Shown: positions 1 to 10,013, numbered from the stretch's first letter. The stretch: DNA of 49,523 bases from Methanotrichaceae archaeon (GCA_963754945.1 CAVWIG010000046.1:1-49523), one strand, 5' to 3'. Notes: generated by a model not told the origin, from the letters alone. Translations and numbers: made by a program.

Positions 1-1608
1 GCAGGCGTGACCATAAGCCGCCTCTTTAACTTGCTAGGTTATCGCATTTACATGTACTACCACTACCCCTCTCTCATCCGGGGCGGGCACAACTTCTCAG
101 TGGTTCGGGCGTCAAATCACAAAATCGGCACCCATATGAGCGCTGTGGATGTTATAATCGCCCTGAACCAGGAGACTGTAGAGCTGCACCAGGGAAAGCT
201 GAAGAAAGACTCTTTCGTGATCTACGATCTAGACAAGGTTAAGATCGAGAATCTGACCCAGAGAGGATGCGGACTTCCTGTATCCAATATCCTGAAGGAG
301 GAACAGGCCCCCATGATAATGCGCAACACCTGCATCATAGGTGGGTTCTGCAAGGTGGTGGGCATCGAGTGGGACATTCTTGAAAAGGTCCTCAGAAAAC
401 ACATTCCAAAGCAGCTTGAGCTGAACTTGAAGGTGGCTAGAAAGGGATACGACGCCGCTGTAGAGTTCTCAAGGATTGAAAGATTTGATCAGCCCAGCCT
501 CCCTATCCTGACAGGCAATCAGGCGATAGGCTTGGGCCTGATCAAGGCCGGGCTTGCAGCCTATGTAGCCTATCCCATGACCCCCTCGTCCAGCCTGCTC
601 GATTTTATGGCCCGGTCTGCTGCCGACTTCGGGCTGAAGGTTGTTCATCCCGAGAGCGAAATTGCCGTCATTCTAATGGCCCAGGGCTTTGCCTATGAAG
701 GAGTCAAGGCTGCTGTAGGCACCTCGGGAGGCGGTTTCTGTCTTATGACTGAGGGTCTGAGCCTGGCAGGGATGGCAGAGATGCCCGTAGTAATAATGCT
801 CGGGCAGAGGACAGGGCCGTCTACCGGCCTACCAACCTACACAGCCCAGGCAGACCTGCACTTCGCTCTAAACGCAGGCCAGGGCGAGTTCCCCAGGTTC
901 ATCGTTTCTCCTGGAGACGCCGAGGAGGCCTATTACTGGTCAGGAGTTGCATTGAACATGGCATGGAAGTACCAGGTACCTGCATTCATACTTTCAGACA
1001 AAACAGTTTCTGAAGGGCTTTACAGCTTCGATACTTCTGTGATCGGGGACGTGAAAGAGGAGGCGCCTGTTCTCTGGGAAGGAAAGGGCGATTATAACCG
1101 CTACAAGTACACTGAAACCGGTGTCTCGCCTTTGGCCTTCCCGCCTCTTAAAAGCCAGATAGTAAAGGTTGACGGATATACCCACGACGAGCTGGGAATA
1201 ACCACCGAAGACCCAACAGCAACCGCCAAAACGAACGACAAACGGTCGCTAAAGGGATTGGCCCTGGCAAAGGAGTTGGATGGTTACGAGACAGTGAAGG
1301 TCTACGGCAACGGCAAAACAGCTCTGCTGTGCTGGGGCTCCAACAAGGGCGTGTGCACCGAAGCCGCTGATAAGTTCGGCCTGAAGGTGATCCAGGTTTT
1401 GGTCCTCTCGCCGTTCCCAGAGGCGCGGCTTCGTGATGCTCTAGCGGGCGTGGAGAGGATAATAACAGTCGAGTGCAACTCGACGGGACAATTGTCCAGG
1501 CTTGCCAGATCCTACGGTTTCGAGCCAAAGGAGCAGATACTGAAGTACGATGGGAGGCCATTCTCATTGGAAGAACTGGAAGCCGAAATCAGAAAGGTGA
1601 TAGCATGA
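1..1608 (+). CDS. korA: 2-oxoacid:ferredoxin oxidoreductase alpha subunit (gamma-alpha fusion type), 5'-partial
   Basis: Motifs IRGGHN, YPMTPSS, TSGGGF, QRTGPSTGLPT and VECN. Frame is open to the window edge; ATGA overlap with the beta subunit. Confidence 0.9.
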   Translation, partial: AGVTISRLFNLLGYRIYMYYHYPSLIRGGHNFSVVRASNHKIGTHMSAVDVIIALNQETVELHQGKLKKDSFVIYDLDKVKIENLTQRGCGLPVSNILKEEQAPMIMRNTCIIGGFCKVVGIEWDILEKVLRKHIPKQLELNLKVARKGYDAAVEFSRIERFDQPSLPILTGNQAIGLGLIKAGLAAYVAYPMTPSSSLLDFMARSAADFGLKVVHPESEIAVILMAQGFAYEGVKAAVGTSGGGFCLMTEGLSLAGMAEMPVVIMLGQRTGPSTGLPTYTAQADLHFALNAGQGEFPRFIVSPGDAEEAYYWSGVALNMAWKYQVPAFILSDKTVSEGLYSFDTSVIGDVKEEAPVLWEGKGDYNRYKYTETGVSPLAFPPLKSQIVKVDGYTHDELGITTEDPTATAKTNDKRSLKGLALAKELDGYETVKVYGNGKTALLCWGSNKGVCTEAADKFGLKVIQVLVLSPFPEARLRDALAGVERIITVECNSTGQLSRLARSYGFEPKEQILKYDGRPFSLEELEAEIRKVIA

Positions 1609-2459
1609 ACCCAAAGGATCTGGGTACCTACGCCAAGAACACCTGGTGTCCGGGGTGCGGTAACTTCTCTATTCTGAACACCATGAAAACGGTTCTGTCC
1701 TCTTTGGACGACGAAGGATTCCCCATAGACAACGTGGTCCTGGTCTCTGGCATCGGTTGTCATGGAAAGATTGTGGACTACCTTAAGTTGAACAGCTTCT
1801 ACTCAATTCATGGCAGGACGCTTCCCGTGGCAACAGCGATTAAGCTTGCCAACCCCGATCTGAAGGTGATCTGCTGCTCGGGGGATGGTGATTCCCTGGC
1901 CGAAGGGCTGGACCATCTCATGTTCGCTGCCAAGAGGAACATCGACATAACTCTCATCCTCCACGACAACCGCGTGTACGGCCTCACGACAGGTCAATAC
2001 ACGCCGACATCGCCAATGGGGTTCAAGGGCAAATCTACACCTCTGGGGACGCAGGAGTTTCCCATAAACCCTGCCGAGCTGATGCTTGTCGGCGGTGCTT
2101 CCTACATCGCCAGGGGTTACACCCACGGAATAGATCTCCTCCGGAGATTGTTCAAGGAGGCTATAACGCACAAGGGATTCTCCTTTGTGGACGTCCTGCA
2201 GGTATGTGTCACATACTTCAACATGTACGAGTCTTACAACAAACGCGTCTACGAGGTAAAGGACAACGATACCGGCAGCTTCGACGATGCCATGAAGATC
2301 ATAAGATCCTGGAACTATGATGGTGAAGAGGCCCCTATACCTCTGGGAAAGTTCTACCAGGTGGACGCGCCAAGGTTCGACGACGCCTTCCCTGGATACG
2401 AGCCTCACAAGGTAGATAGGGATGCGCAGATAAAAAAGGTCTTGGAAAATTTCATTTAG
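1605..2459 (+). CDS. korB: 2-oxoacid:ferredoxin oxidoreductase beta subunit (TPP-binding)
   Basis: WCPGCG, SGIGC, HGR, GDGD...DN and YGLTTGQ. ATG at 1605 after GGTGA overlaps the korA stop. Confidence 0.92.
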   Translation: MNPKDLGTYAKNTWCPGCGNFSILNTMKTVLSSLDDEGFPIDNVVLVSGIGCHGKIVDYLKLNSFYSIHGRTLPVATAIKLANPDLKVICCSGDGDSLAEGLDHLMFAAKRNIDITLILHDNRVYGLTTGQYTPTSPMGFKGKSTPLGTQEFPINPAELMLVGGASYIARGYTHGIDLLRRLFKEAITHKGFSFVDVLQVCVTYFNMYESYNKRVYEVKDNDTGSFDDAMKIIRSWNYDGEEAPIPLGKFYQVDAPRFDDAFPGYEPHKVDRDAQIKKVLENFI

Positions 2460-2489
2460 TTAGAAGTCAACGGCCTGATGGTGAGACGA

Positions 2490-2654
2490 ATGGATAATTA
2501 CGTATGCAAAGTCTGCGGTTATATCTACGACCCGGAGAAGGGCGATTCTACTCAGAACATAGCTCCTGGAACAGCCTTCGAGGACCTTCCAGATGACTGG
2601 CTCTGTCCGGAGTGCGGCGTGGGAAAGGACATGTTTGAGAAACAGGCGGCTTAG
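2490..2654 (+). CDS. Rubredoxin (54 aa; absent from the ORF track)
   Basis: Translated by hand: [54 protein letters not shown], with CxxCG and CPxCG knuckles. GGTGA RBS upstream. Confidence 0.95.
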   Translation: MDNYVCKVCGYIYDPEKGDSTQNIAPGTAFEDLPDDWLCPECGVGKDMFEKQAA

Positions 2655-2683
2655 TCGAAATATTTGTTTGGTTGACGGTGATC

Positions 2684-3253
2684 ATGATGCTCAGCGAAAA
2701 GATGACTGAAGCCCTAAATGGGCAGGCGAACAGAGAGCTGTACTCTTCTTATCTTTATCTATCCATGTCGGCCTACTTCGAGTCCCTGGGATTGAGGGGT
2801 TTTGCCAACTGGATGAGGGTCCAGGCCGGGGAGGAGCTGGTGCACGGTATGAGGATGTACGACTACGTGATCGGTGCAGGCGGAAGAGGCAGGATGCTGG
2901 CAATAGAGGCTCCGCAGTTTGTTTGGGCATCACCTGTTGAGGCCTTCCAGCATGTGTACAACCATGAGAGGGTAGTCACAGGGCTGATAAAAGCACTGGT
3001 AGGCGTTGCAATCTCCGAGAGGGACTTGGCCACAGAGAACTTTCTGCAGTGGTATTTGAACGAGCAGGTCGAGGAGGAGGAGTCCTCAGACATGGTCCTC
3101 AACAAGGCAAAGGCCGCGGGCAGCGATCCGCGTGCACTGGCGGCGGCGGACAAGGAGTTAGGTCAACGACGCTTTAAGTTCCCCAGCGGTTTCGATATGT
3201 TTCCGTATGGCCGACAGCCGGAAGGCACGACCATAGGATCGCTGAAGAAGTAA
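2684..3253 (+). CDS. ftnA: Classical non-heme ferritin with C-terminal extension
   Basis: ELYSSYLYLSM, EELVH, HERVVT and QWYLNEQVEEE ferroxidase motifs, plus an extra tail ending GTTIGSLKK. Confidence 0.92.
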   Translation: MMLSEKMTEALNGQANRELYSSYLYLSMSAYFESLGLRGFANWMRVQAGEELVHGMRMYDYVIGAGGRGRMLAIEAPQFVWASPVEAFQHVYNHERVVTGLIKALVGVAISERDLATENFLQWYLNEQVEEEESSDMVLNKAKAAGSDPRALAAADKELGQRRFKFPSGFDMFPYGRQPEGTTIGSLKK

Positions 3254-3329
3254 GAATTGCTTCTTTGCACATTTTTTCACTGCGGGAAGGCGAGAGGATC
3301 TCTTAGACCTTTTCGCATCAAGATAAGTC

Positions 3330-3342
3330 AAAATTATAAATA
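3330..3342 (+). promoter_or_regulatory. Putative BRE/TATA promoter of the glyA-folD operon
   Basis: AAAATTATAAATA about 90 bp upstream of the glyA start. Confidence 0.45.
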
Positions 3343-3430
3343 TCGTGTATCATCCATTCCAAACCATAATCTATTTTGCCATCCTCAATACATCTCAACC
3401 AACTCCGCAATCTCATTCACGGTGATTTGA

Positions 3431-4675
3431 TTGAAACCATTAAGCGTAGTAGATCCTGAAGTGGCAGCCGCGATACAGGCCGAGCTTGAGCGGCAGCGCA
3501 ATACCCTCATCTTGATCGCATCCGAGAACTTCGCAAGTCGAGCGGTCATGGAAGCACAAGGCTGCGTCATGACCAACAAGTATGCAGAAGGCTATCCTGG
3601 CCGCAGGTACTACCGCGGAACTGCCTATGTTGATGTTGCCGAGTTGCTGGCCAAAGAAAGGTGCATGAAGCTCTTCGGCGCCGAACACGTAAATGTTCAG
3701 CCGCACAGCGGCACTCAGGCCAACATGGCCGCCTACTTCGCAGTTCTCAAACCTGGCGACACTATAATGGGCATGAACCTCGCCCACGGCGGCCATCTTT
3801 CTCACGGCAGTCCGGTCAACTTCTCGGGCAAGATGTACAGAATCGTGCCCTACAACGTTTCCCGGGATACCGAAATGCTCGACTATAGCGAGATGCTGGA
3901 TATAGCAAAGAAGAACAAGCCCCAGCTAATTGTAGTTGGGGCATCGAGCTACCCCAGGATCATAAACTTCAAGATAGTTCGGGAGATCGCGGACGAGGTT
4001 GGGGCCATGGTGATGGCTGATATCGCTCACATCGCCGGCCTGGTAGCTGCGGGAGCACATCCATCTCCGGTTCCTTATTCGGATATAATCACAACTACAA
4101 CTCATAAGACCCTGCGAGGTCCCAGAGGCGCTTTGATTATGTGCAGGCAGGAACTCGCTTCGGCCATTGATAGGTCTGTCTTCCCTGGAACCCAGGGCGG
4201 GCCGTTCATGCAGGCAATAGCTGCGAAAGCCGTGGCCTTCAAGGAGGCCTTGACTCCCGAGTTCAAGGACTACCAGTTCCAGATCGTGAAGAATGCTGGT
4301 GCGCTCGCCGACCGACTCAAGGAGAACGACTTCGACCTCGTATCCGGCGGCACTGACAACCACCTAATGCTGGTCAAGCTCCTGAAGGAAGGCATAACCG
4401 GCAAGGAAGCGGACGAGACTCTCGAGAGGGCGAACATAACCCTCAATAAGAACATGATTCCCTTCGACCCGGCAACTCCCTTCGTGACCAGCGGCATTCG
4501 GATCGGTACGCCATGTGTGACCACCAGAGGCATGAAGGAGAAGGAGATGGTGCAGATTGCGGATCTGATAACCGCCGTCCTCAGAGACATCAAGAATGAC
4601 ACCACCGTTAAGTTCGTGGGGTCCGAGGTACGGGATCTGTGTGATCAGTTCCCTCTATACCCTGATCTGACATGA
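3431..4675 (+). CDS. glyA: Serine hydroxymethyltransferase
   Basis: [22 protein letters not shown] and the [15 protein letters not shown]-lysine motif. TTG start after GGTGA. Confidence 0.96.
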   Translation: MKPLSVVDPEVAAAIQAELERQRNTLILIASENFASRAVMEAQGCVMTNKYAEGYPGRRYYRGTAYVDVAELLAKERCMKLFGAEHVNVQPHSGTQANMAAYFAVLKPGDTIMGMNLAHGGHLSHGSPVNFSGKMYRIVPYNVSRDTEMLDYSEMLDIAKKNKPQLIVVGASSYPRIINFKIVREIADEVGAMVMADIAHIAGLVAAGAHPSPVPYSDIITTTTHKTLRGPRGALIMCRQELASAIDRSVFPGTQGGPFMQAIAAKAVAFKEALTPEFKDYQFQIVKNAGALADRLKENDFDLVSGGTDNHLMLVKLLKEGITGKEADETLERANITLNKNMIPFDPATPFVTSGIRIGTPCVTTRGMKEKEMVQIADLITAVLRDIKNDTTVKFVGSEVRDLCDQFPLYPDLT

Positions 4676-5517
4676 TAATCGACGGAAAGTCCATGGCCTC
4701 CGAGATTGAGGCAGAAGTGAGATCCAAGGTCCAAAAGCTGGCTGCAAAGGGAGAAGTTCCCGGGCTGGCGGCCGTCCTTGTGGGTTCCAATCCAGCCTCG
4801 CAGATGTACGTACGACTTAAGCACTCGGCCTGCGCTCGCGTCGGAATCCGGTCGGAGAATGTTCAGCTGCCGGAGGACATCCAAGAGGAGCAGCTCCTCG
4901 CAAAGATCGAGGAACTAAACCAACGAGCGGACATACACGGCATAATGCTGGAGCTTCCGCTTCCTAAGCATTTGGACCCCCGAAAAGCCATGATGACCAT
5001 AGCTCAAGAAAAGGACGTTGACGGTTTCCACCCGGAGAACATGGGAGCGCTGCTGCTGGGCGCCGAGAAGCTGGTTCCCTGCACGCCTAAGGGGATCATC
5101 TACGCCCTGGAGCGCTTGGGCGTAAAGCTGGAAGGGGCAGAGGCGGTAATAGTTGGCCATAGCAACGTTGTGGGCAAACCCCTGGCTGCAATGATGCTCA
5201 ACAGGAATGCCACTGTCCAGGTGTGTCACGTCTATACAAAGAACCTGGCCGAGCACACCAGGAGAGGAGACATCCTTGTGGTAGCTGCCGGCGTCCCCGG
5301 CCTGATCAAGGCGGACATGGTCAAGCCCGGAGCTTACGTCTTCGACGTGGGCATCAATCGGGTTGGTGACAAGACAGTTGGCGATGTTGACTTCGATGCT
5401 GTCAAGGAAGTTGCCTCTGCCATAACGCCTGTGCCAGGAGGCGTAGGGCCGCTGACAGTATCAATGCTTCTCGGCCAGGTGGTCCAGGCAACAGAGGCAC
5501 AGACAGGTCGCTTGTGA
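4672..5517 (+). CDS. folD: Bifunctional methylene-THF dehydrogenase/cyclohydrolase
   Basis: YVRLK (YxxxK), [19 protein letters not shown] and [13 protein letters not shown] overlap with glyA. Confidence 0.95.
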   Translation: MIIDGKSMASEIEAEVRSKVQKLAAKGEVPGLAAVLVGSNPASQMYVRLKHSACARVGIRSENVQLPEDIQEEQLLAKIEELNQRADIHGIMLELPLPKHLDPRKAMMTIAQEKDVDGFHPENMGALLLGAEKLVPCTPKGIIYALERLGVKLEGAEAVIVGHSNVVGKPLAAMMLNRNATVQVCHVYTKNLAEHTRRGDILVVAAGVPGLIKADMVKPGAYVFDVGINRVGDKTVGDVDFDAVKEVASAITPVPGGVGPLTVSMLLGQVVQATEAQTGRL

Positions 5518-5565
5518 TCATTCATTGGGACACACAGTTGATTCGTCGTTGACAATTCGCCTATT

Positions 5566-6162
5566 ATGTCACTGATAATAGCCGTGGCGGGCAGCAAGGA
5601 AGCGATAATTGGGGGAGACAAAAGGAGCATAACCTTCCTGGGTAGCTGCCCTGAGCTTGAGCAAGAACTCTACTCAGGGAAGCTGAAGACCGATGAGGAC
5701 CTGCAGAATAGAGCCAGGAATCTGGGAGCTTCGCTTCAGGTATCGGACGGAAGGGAGAAGGTGTGGCGGCGAGGAGATGTCCTTGTAGGGGAGGTGACAG
5801 AGATCTCTCCTGCCTTGGAAAGGAGACGGCGAATCTATCTTGTTCCTGGGGCTTACATCATGGCCGATGTCACCGGAAAAGAGGCCAAAGTAATTGGCAA
5901 GGGCAAGAACGCCTGTATGGTCTTTGGGAACAGATTCACACAAGACCAAGCCAACCATGGGGTTAAGAACGTCAAAGGCAAAATCGATGCCGGAGCGGTG
6001 GAAGCCATTCTTGCCGACGTCAGCAGCATGACTCCTTCAATCAGTCCAGAACACTGCGTTCTTTCCACGGACGTGCAGCAACCCAACCCTGATGCCGCGG
6101 TTCTCGATGCTCTCCAAGAGGATTGCCGGAAGTGCGGATGGAGGCTATGCGATCAGCAGTGA
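5566..6162 (+). CDS. DUF2121/MJ0548-family proteasome-beta-like protein (Connectase-like)
   Basis: N-terminus M-SLIIA...GDKRSITF with Ser1 nucleophile position, LEQELYSG, LVGEV and RRRIY motifs. Confidence 0.8.
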   Translation: MSLIIAVAGSKEAIIGGDKRSITFLGSCPELEQELYSGKLKTDEDLQNRARNLGASLQVSDGREKVWRRGDVLVGEVTEISPALERRRRIYLVPGAYIMADVTGKEAKVIGKGKNACMVFGNRFTQDQANHGVKNVKGKIDAGAVEAILADVSSMTPSISPEHCVLSTDVQQPNPDAAVLDALQEDCRKCGWRLCDQQ

Positions 6163-6755
6163 TCCTGGCCGGTGGCGCTGGCAGTCGCCTGGGTAAAGAA
6201 AAATCACTCATCGAGTTCGACGGTCGTCCTTTGATTCAGTGGTCGGTTGAGAAGCTGGCCCCTTTGGTCGAAGATGTGGTGGTGGTTGCCAGGGGCCCAG
6301 AGCAAGCCAGACGGCTCGAAGATTTAATTCCCCATGCTGCCATCGTCTGTGACAGTATTTCAGGTTACGGTCCGATAGCAGGACTTGCCGCTGGCATGGG
6401 ACAGGCCCGAAACGAGTACGTTCTTGCCATAGGATGTGATCTGCCTTTTCTGAACGCCGATGTGATTAACCTCCTATTCGAGCTGGTCCAGGGTTGGGAT
6501 GCTGCAGTTCCCACGAGAGAAAATGGAATGATGGAGCCGCTTCATTCTGTTTACAAAAAAGATGCACTACTATCCGCCTGCCAAAGAGCGATAGAGAACG
6601 GCGAGAAGAGGATCAGGGGGCCCCTTTCGATGCTCAGGGTAAAATGCGTGGCCGTGGAGCTGCTCAAGAATCTGGACTCTGAACTCTTGACCTTTTTCAA
6701 CCTGAACACCCGAGCGGATCTTGATTTAGCCAGGTGTTTGTGGTCAAAAAGGTGA
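6147..6755 (+). CDS. mobA: Molybdenum cofactor guanylyltransferase
   Basis: ILAGGAGSRLG..K, GPIAG, CDLP, EPLHSVY and FFNLNT. ATG at 6147 after GGAGG. Confidence 0.9.
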   Translation: MRSAVILAGGAGSRLGKEKSLIEFDGRPLIQWSVEKLAPLVEDVVVVARGPEQARRLEDLIPHAAIVCDSISGYGPIAGLAAGMGQARNEYVLAIGCDLPFLNADVINLLFELVQGWDAAVPTRENGMMEPLHSVYKKDALLSACQRAIENGEKRIRGPLSMLRVKCVAVELLKNLDSELLTFFNLNTRADLDLARCLWSKR

Positions 6756-6786
6756 GCCTGCAGCGTCAGCCTGTGGGACTCCGGAC

Positions 6787-6978
6787 TCAAAGGTAATGCT
6801 TCAATAGAATGTATACCGCATAGACGATAACGGCAAAGACCGCCAGTCGCCACAGGAGCCAAATTGAGTTCCACAGGACAAGAGCGATAAGGACGGCCAG
6901 AAGGATTAGCAAGAGGTTCTTCTCGCGGCTTTGACCCGATGTGGGCAAGTCGAAGATTCTACGGTTCATCGAACACAT
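6787..6978 (-). CDS. Small two-TM membrane protein, hypothetical
   Basis: Two long hydrophobic stretches; fills the gap convergent to mobA. Confidence 0.6.
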   Translation of the reverse strand: MCSMNRRIFDLPTSGQSREKNLLLILLAVLIALVLWNSIWLLWRLAVFAVIVYAVYILLKHYL

Positions 6979-7249
6979 AAATCAACGTGGCAGGTAATAA
7001 CTGTTTTCGTCCCCGCTTTTTTTAAATCGCCGTTCGTAGTGGTTTCCAGCCAGCATATTCAAGGCCAACACGAGGCCAGTATGCTAGGTGGTAGTCGAGA
7101 GTCAGGTTAACCAGTCGACTGGACCGGATAGACCAGCGACCAGAAACAAACCAATAACCAGATAACTCGAAACACGGCCTTTGTTTCTGGATACTGGAAC
7201 CAAAAGCGTTATACCTCCGGATTCCTCCTTTGGCAGTGGTGATTATTCT

Positions 7250-8209
7250 TTGGACAGGCTAGAGCTGGCGGTAAGGAACACAGAAGAGATTGTTACGTTA
7301 GACGAGCTCAAGGGGCTGCTGGAGCAGAAGCAGCGGCCCCGGGCCTATGTGGGCTACGAGACCAGCGGCAAGGTCCACCTGGGGCACATGTTGACGGCCA
7401 ACAAGCTGCTCGACCTGCAGAAGGTCGGCTTCGACGTCGTTGTCCTTCTGGCTGACCTGCACGCCTTCCTCAACGAGAAGGGCAGCCTGGAAGAGGTCAG
7501 AAAGATCGCAGACTACAACCGGGACTGCTTCATGGCCCTTGGCCTCGATCCAGAGCGGACGGAGTTCGTCTACGGAACCAGCTACCAGCTCAAGCCGGAG
7601 TACATGCTCAAGATCCTGCAGATGGCCAGGAACACCACGCTCAACCGCGCCCGCAGGAGCATGGACGAGGTCTCCCGAAATGCGGAAAACCCGATGGTCT
7701 CTCAGATGATCTATCCATTAATGCAGGCCATTGACATCGCGGACCTGCATATCGACCTAGCCGTAGGCGGAATAGACCAGCGCAAGATCCACATGCTGGC
7801 CCGCGAGGAGCTGCCGCGCCTGGGCCTTCCGGCCCCGGTGTGCATGCACACGCCCCTGATTCCCGGATTGAACGGCGAGAAGATGTCCTCCTCCAAAGGG
7901 AACAACATCGCCGTGGACGAGCCAGCCGAGGAGATCGAGAAGAAGATCAAGAGTGCCTTTTGCCCGGCGAAGGTCGTGGAGAACAATCCAGTTCTGGCTA
8001 TATGCAAATACCACGTCTTCCCGAGGTGTGAGGACGGGATGACCATACATCGGCCGGAGAAGTTCGGCGGGGATGTGAGCTACGCGAGCTATGAGACGCT
8101 AGAGGCAGACTTCGTCTGTGGGGCCATGCACCCGATGGACCTCAAGAAGGCCTGTGCGGAGTACATGAACGAGATACTTGCGCCAGTGAGGGAGAAAATG
8201 AATGTTTAA
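7250..8209 (+). CDS. tyrS: Tyrosyl-tRNA synthetase (archaeal type)
   Basis: AYVGYETSG-HLGH, YPLMQAID, GGIDQRKIH and KMSSS. TTG start at 7250 after GGTGA. Confidence 0.96.
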   Translation: MDRLELAVRNTEEIVTLDELKGLLEQKQRPRAYVGYETSGKVHLGHMLTANKLLDLQKVGFDVVVLLADLHAFLNEKGSLEEVRKIADYNRDCFMALGLDPERTEFVYGTSYQLKPEYMLKILQMARNTTLNRARRSMDEVSRNAENPMVSQMIYPLMQAIDIADLHIDLAVGGIDQRKIHMLAREELPRLGLPAPVCMHTPLIPGLNGEKMSSSKGNNIAVDEPAEEIEKKIKSAFCPAKVVENNPVLAICKYHVFPRCEDGMTIHRPEKFGGDVSYASYETLEADFVCGAMHPMDLKKACAEYMNEILAPVREKMNV

Positions 8210-8237
8210 AATCTCATTATAATTAATATATTTTGAA

Positions 8238-9707
8238 TTGAGAGGTGGTATTATAAACAATTCAATCCACGATCAAGTTTGGAAGTCTCATTGGCCAGAT
8301 ATTATTTCCGACTATGGCGATAATGTAGCAGAATATAGGGGAAAAGGAAAAATCAAAACACAAGATGAAAAAGAGTTAGATTGTGAGTTTAAGATTATTC
8401 AGATGAGAGATGGAACTATTATTTCATTATGTAATTTTGTTATCGAACAACCAGGATTTTTCCCAATTGCTGATAATTTCAATATTATAACGCTATCTGG
8501 GGAGACTGTTGAAGGATATACAATATCAACAGAAGGCCCTATTACGGTCACAAAATCGCATCTATCAAGCTCCCATGAATGCCAGATTATATTTTTGGTC
8601 CGTTCCCTAAATGTTAGATTTATCAAAGACAAAGACCCAGAAACAATTTGGTTTGGTTTGACAAATTTCGAATTTGAATCAAATTTCTATATGGATGAGA
8701 TTCCTAGTAAAGGAATAATTATACCTCGCATGGTGAAAGTCATTGACTTGAGGCTCCAAGGAGAAGAAGTTATAATCAGACAAATCTTAGATTATGAACA
8801 GATAATTAAAAAATTAGATGCATTTGGGAAAATAGATGTAACGTGTGAAGCGTCGATGGAAATTTCCAATATTGGTGAAATAGAAAAGAAATTAGTTTTA
8901 ATTAATGATATCTGTTATCTTATATCCGTAGCCAGGGGAACAAGAGTAAATTGGATTTATTATAAATTATTTAGCGATAATACGCCTATTTTGATGGTTC
9001 ATCAAAACAGAATAACCAAAGGATTTAATTCTAGCTATAATTTAATAACTAATGATTATAGTGAGAACAATATTAAAAATTTCCTTGAGCGTACGTATGA
9101 TACATATTTAGCAAGAAAGGCTCAATATCAATTAGATCGAGGAACTATTGATGCCTATTTAGATGCTAAAGCTGAAGGGGATTTTTTAGAAATGAGAGGG
9201 GCTAAACTCGCTATAGCAATGGAGAGATTGAAATCAGTTTATTTGGATGCTCAGACCTCAATTGAGATTGTATCGAATGACAATTCTGTGTCCGAATACA
9301 TAATTGATTACAATTCGTTTAAGCAATACCGAAAAGAAATAGAAGAATTATTAAAATCCTCTTTAGATGAGAAACAAATAGAACCAAGCAAAAGAGGCAA
9401 AATTTATAAGAACATCTCTTGTATTAACAGAACTTCATTTGAGGATATATTGAGGAGTTTGTGGAAAAATATATCCTTGAATTTAGATGACACAAGTATC
9501 AGCCTTTTTGTCAATAGTCGAAATAGCCTTGTCCACCGAGGAAAGTTTAGTTGTCAAATAATAAAGGAAAAAGATGGTACTTTTTCAAATGAGCCTATTA
9601 AGGAATATCTCTTTTTGGTTAATATCCTAGACAAGACAATCTTGAAAATATTAGGATATAATGGATCGTATTATAATTACTATAAACGCCTCAATGATAT
9701 AATTTAA
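8238..9707 (+). CDS. AT-rich protein with C-terminal HEPN (RxxxxH) motif, ApeA-like; start uncertain
   Basis: SRNSLVHRG motif near the C-terminus followed by a helix ending ILKILGY; beta-rich N-terminal half; abrupt drop in GC right after tyrS. Confidence 0.65.
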   Translation: MRGGIINNSIHDQVWKSHWPDIISDYGDNVAEYRGKGKIKTQDEKELDCEFKIIQMRDGTIISLCNFVIEQPGFFPIADNFNIITLSGETVEGYTISTEGPITVTKSHLSSSHECQIIFLVRSLNVRFIKDKDPETIWFGLTNFEFESNFYMDEIPSKGIIIPRMVKVIDLRLQGEEVIIRQILDYEQIIKKLDAFGKIDVTCEASMEISNIGEIEKKLVLINDICYLISVARGTRVNWIYYKLFSDNTPILMVHQNRITKGFNSSYNLITNDYSENNIKNFLERTYDTYLARKAQYQLDRGTIDAYLDAKAEGDFLEMRGAKLAIAMERLKSVYLDAQTSIEIVSNDNSVSEYIIDYNSFKQYRKEIEELLKSSLDEKQIEPSKRGKIYKNISCINRTSFEDILRSLWKNISLNLDDTSISLFVNSRNSLVHRGKFSCQIIKEKDGTFSNEPIKEYLFLVNILDKTILKILGYNGSYYNYYKRLNDII

Positions 9708-9801
9708 CTTTTCAGCCAATTTAATAGAGATATCCTCTTGTATTTGTGATAATAGTTCATAAAATTTAAGCCACGTTGGGCATTGAGTATGAGCCGAAGA
9801 A

Positions 9802-10013
9802 GCGCAATTGGCGCCAGTCAGCCCGCTTCGCTGCTTCTGATCCGGGCTTCCTGCTCGGGAAGCTGTGGGAGCGATGCAGGCCAGGCCCAGGCGACGGGCC
9901 CACGCGGGCACGGGCAGGCGGCCATCCGCTGCGAGGCTGCCAGAATACGGCGAGCCTTAAGGACGCAGGCGAACTGAGGAGGCCGGAACTGTGAGAATGC
10001 AGACGGTTAAAAC
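9802..10013. repeat. GC-rich dispersed repeat, copy A
   Basis: Core 9821-9935 aligns with 11853-11971 (gcccgcttc...ctgctcggNaagctg...gcccac...ggcggccatccgctgcgag). The tail gagaatg(c)agac...aaact is also shared. Confidence 0.75.

Noticed and set aside
1803-2408. 201-aa antisense ORF and similar shadows (16650-17057, 45959-46519, 46519-47133, 48188-48829)
   Set aside because: Lie largely antisense to well-supported genes and have no domain signatures.
7181-7249. Longer N-termini from the ORF track (tyrS 7181, korB 1473, ribC 17285, HARP 17258, methyltransferase 28886, radical SAM 38139, GT2 39679, ThiF 46765)
   Set aside because: The extensions run through promoters or neighbouring genes; family-typical starts lie downstream.
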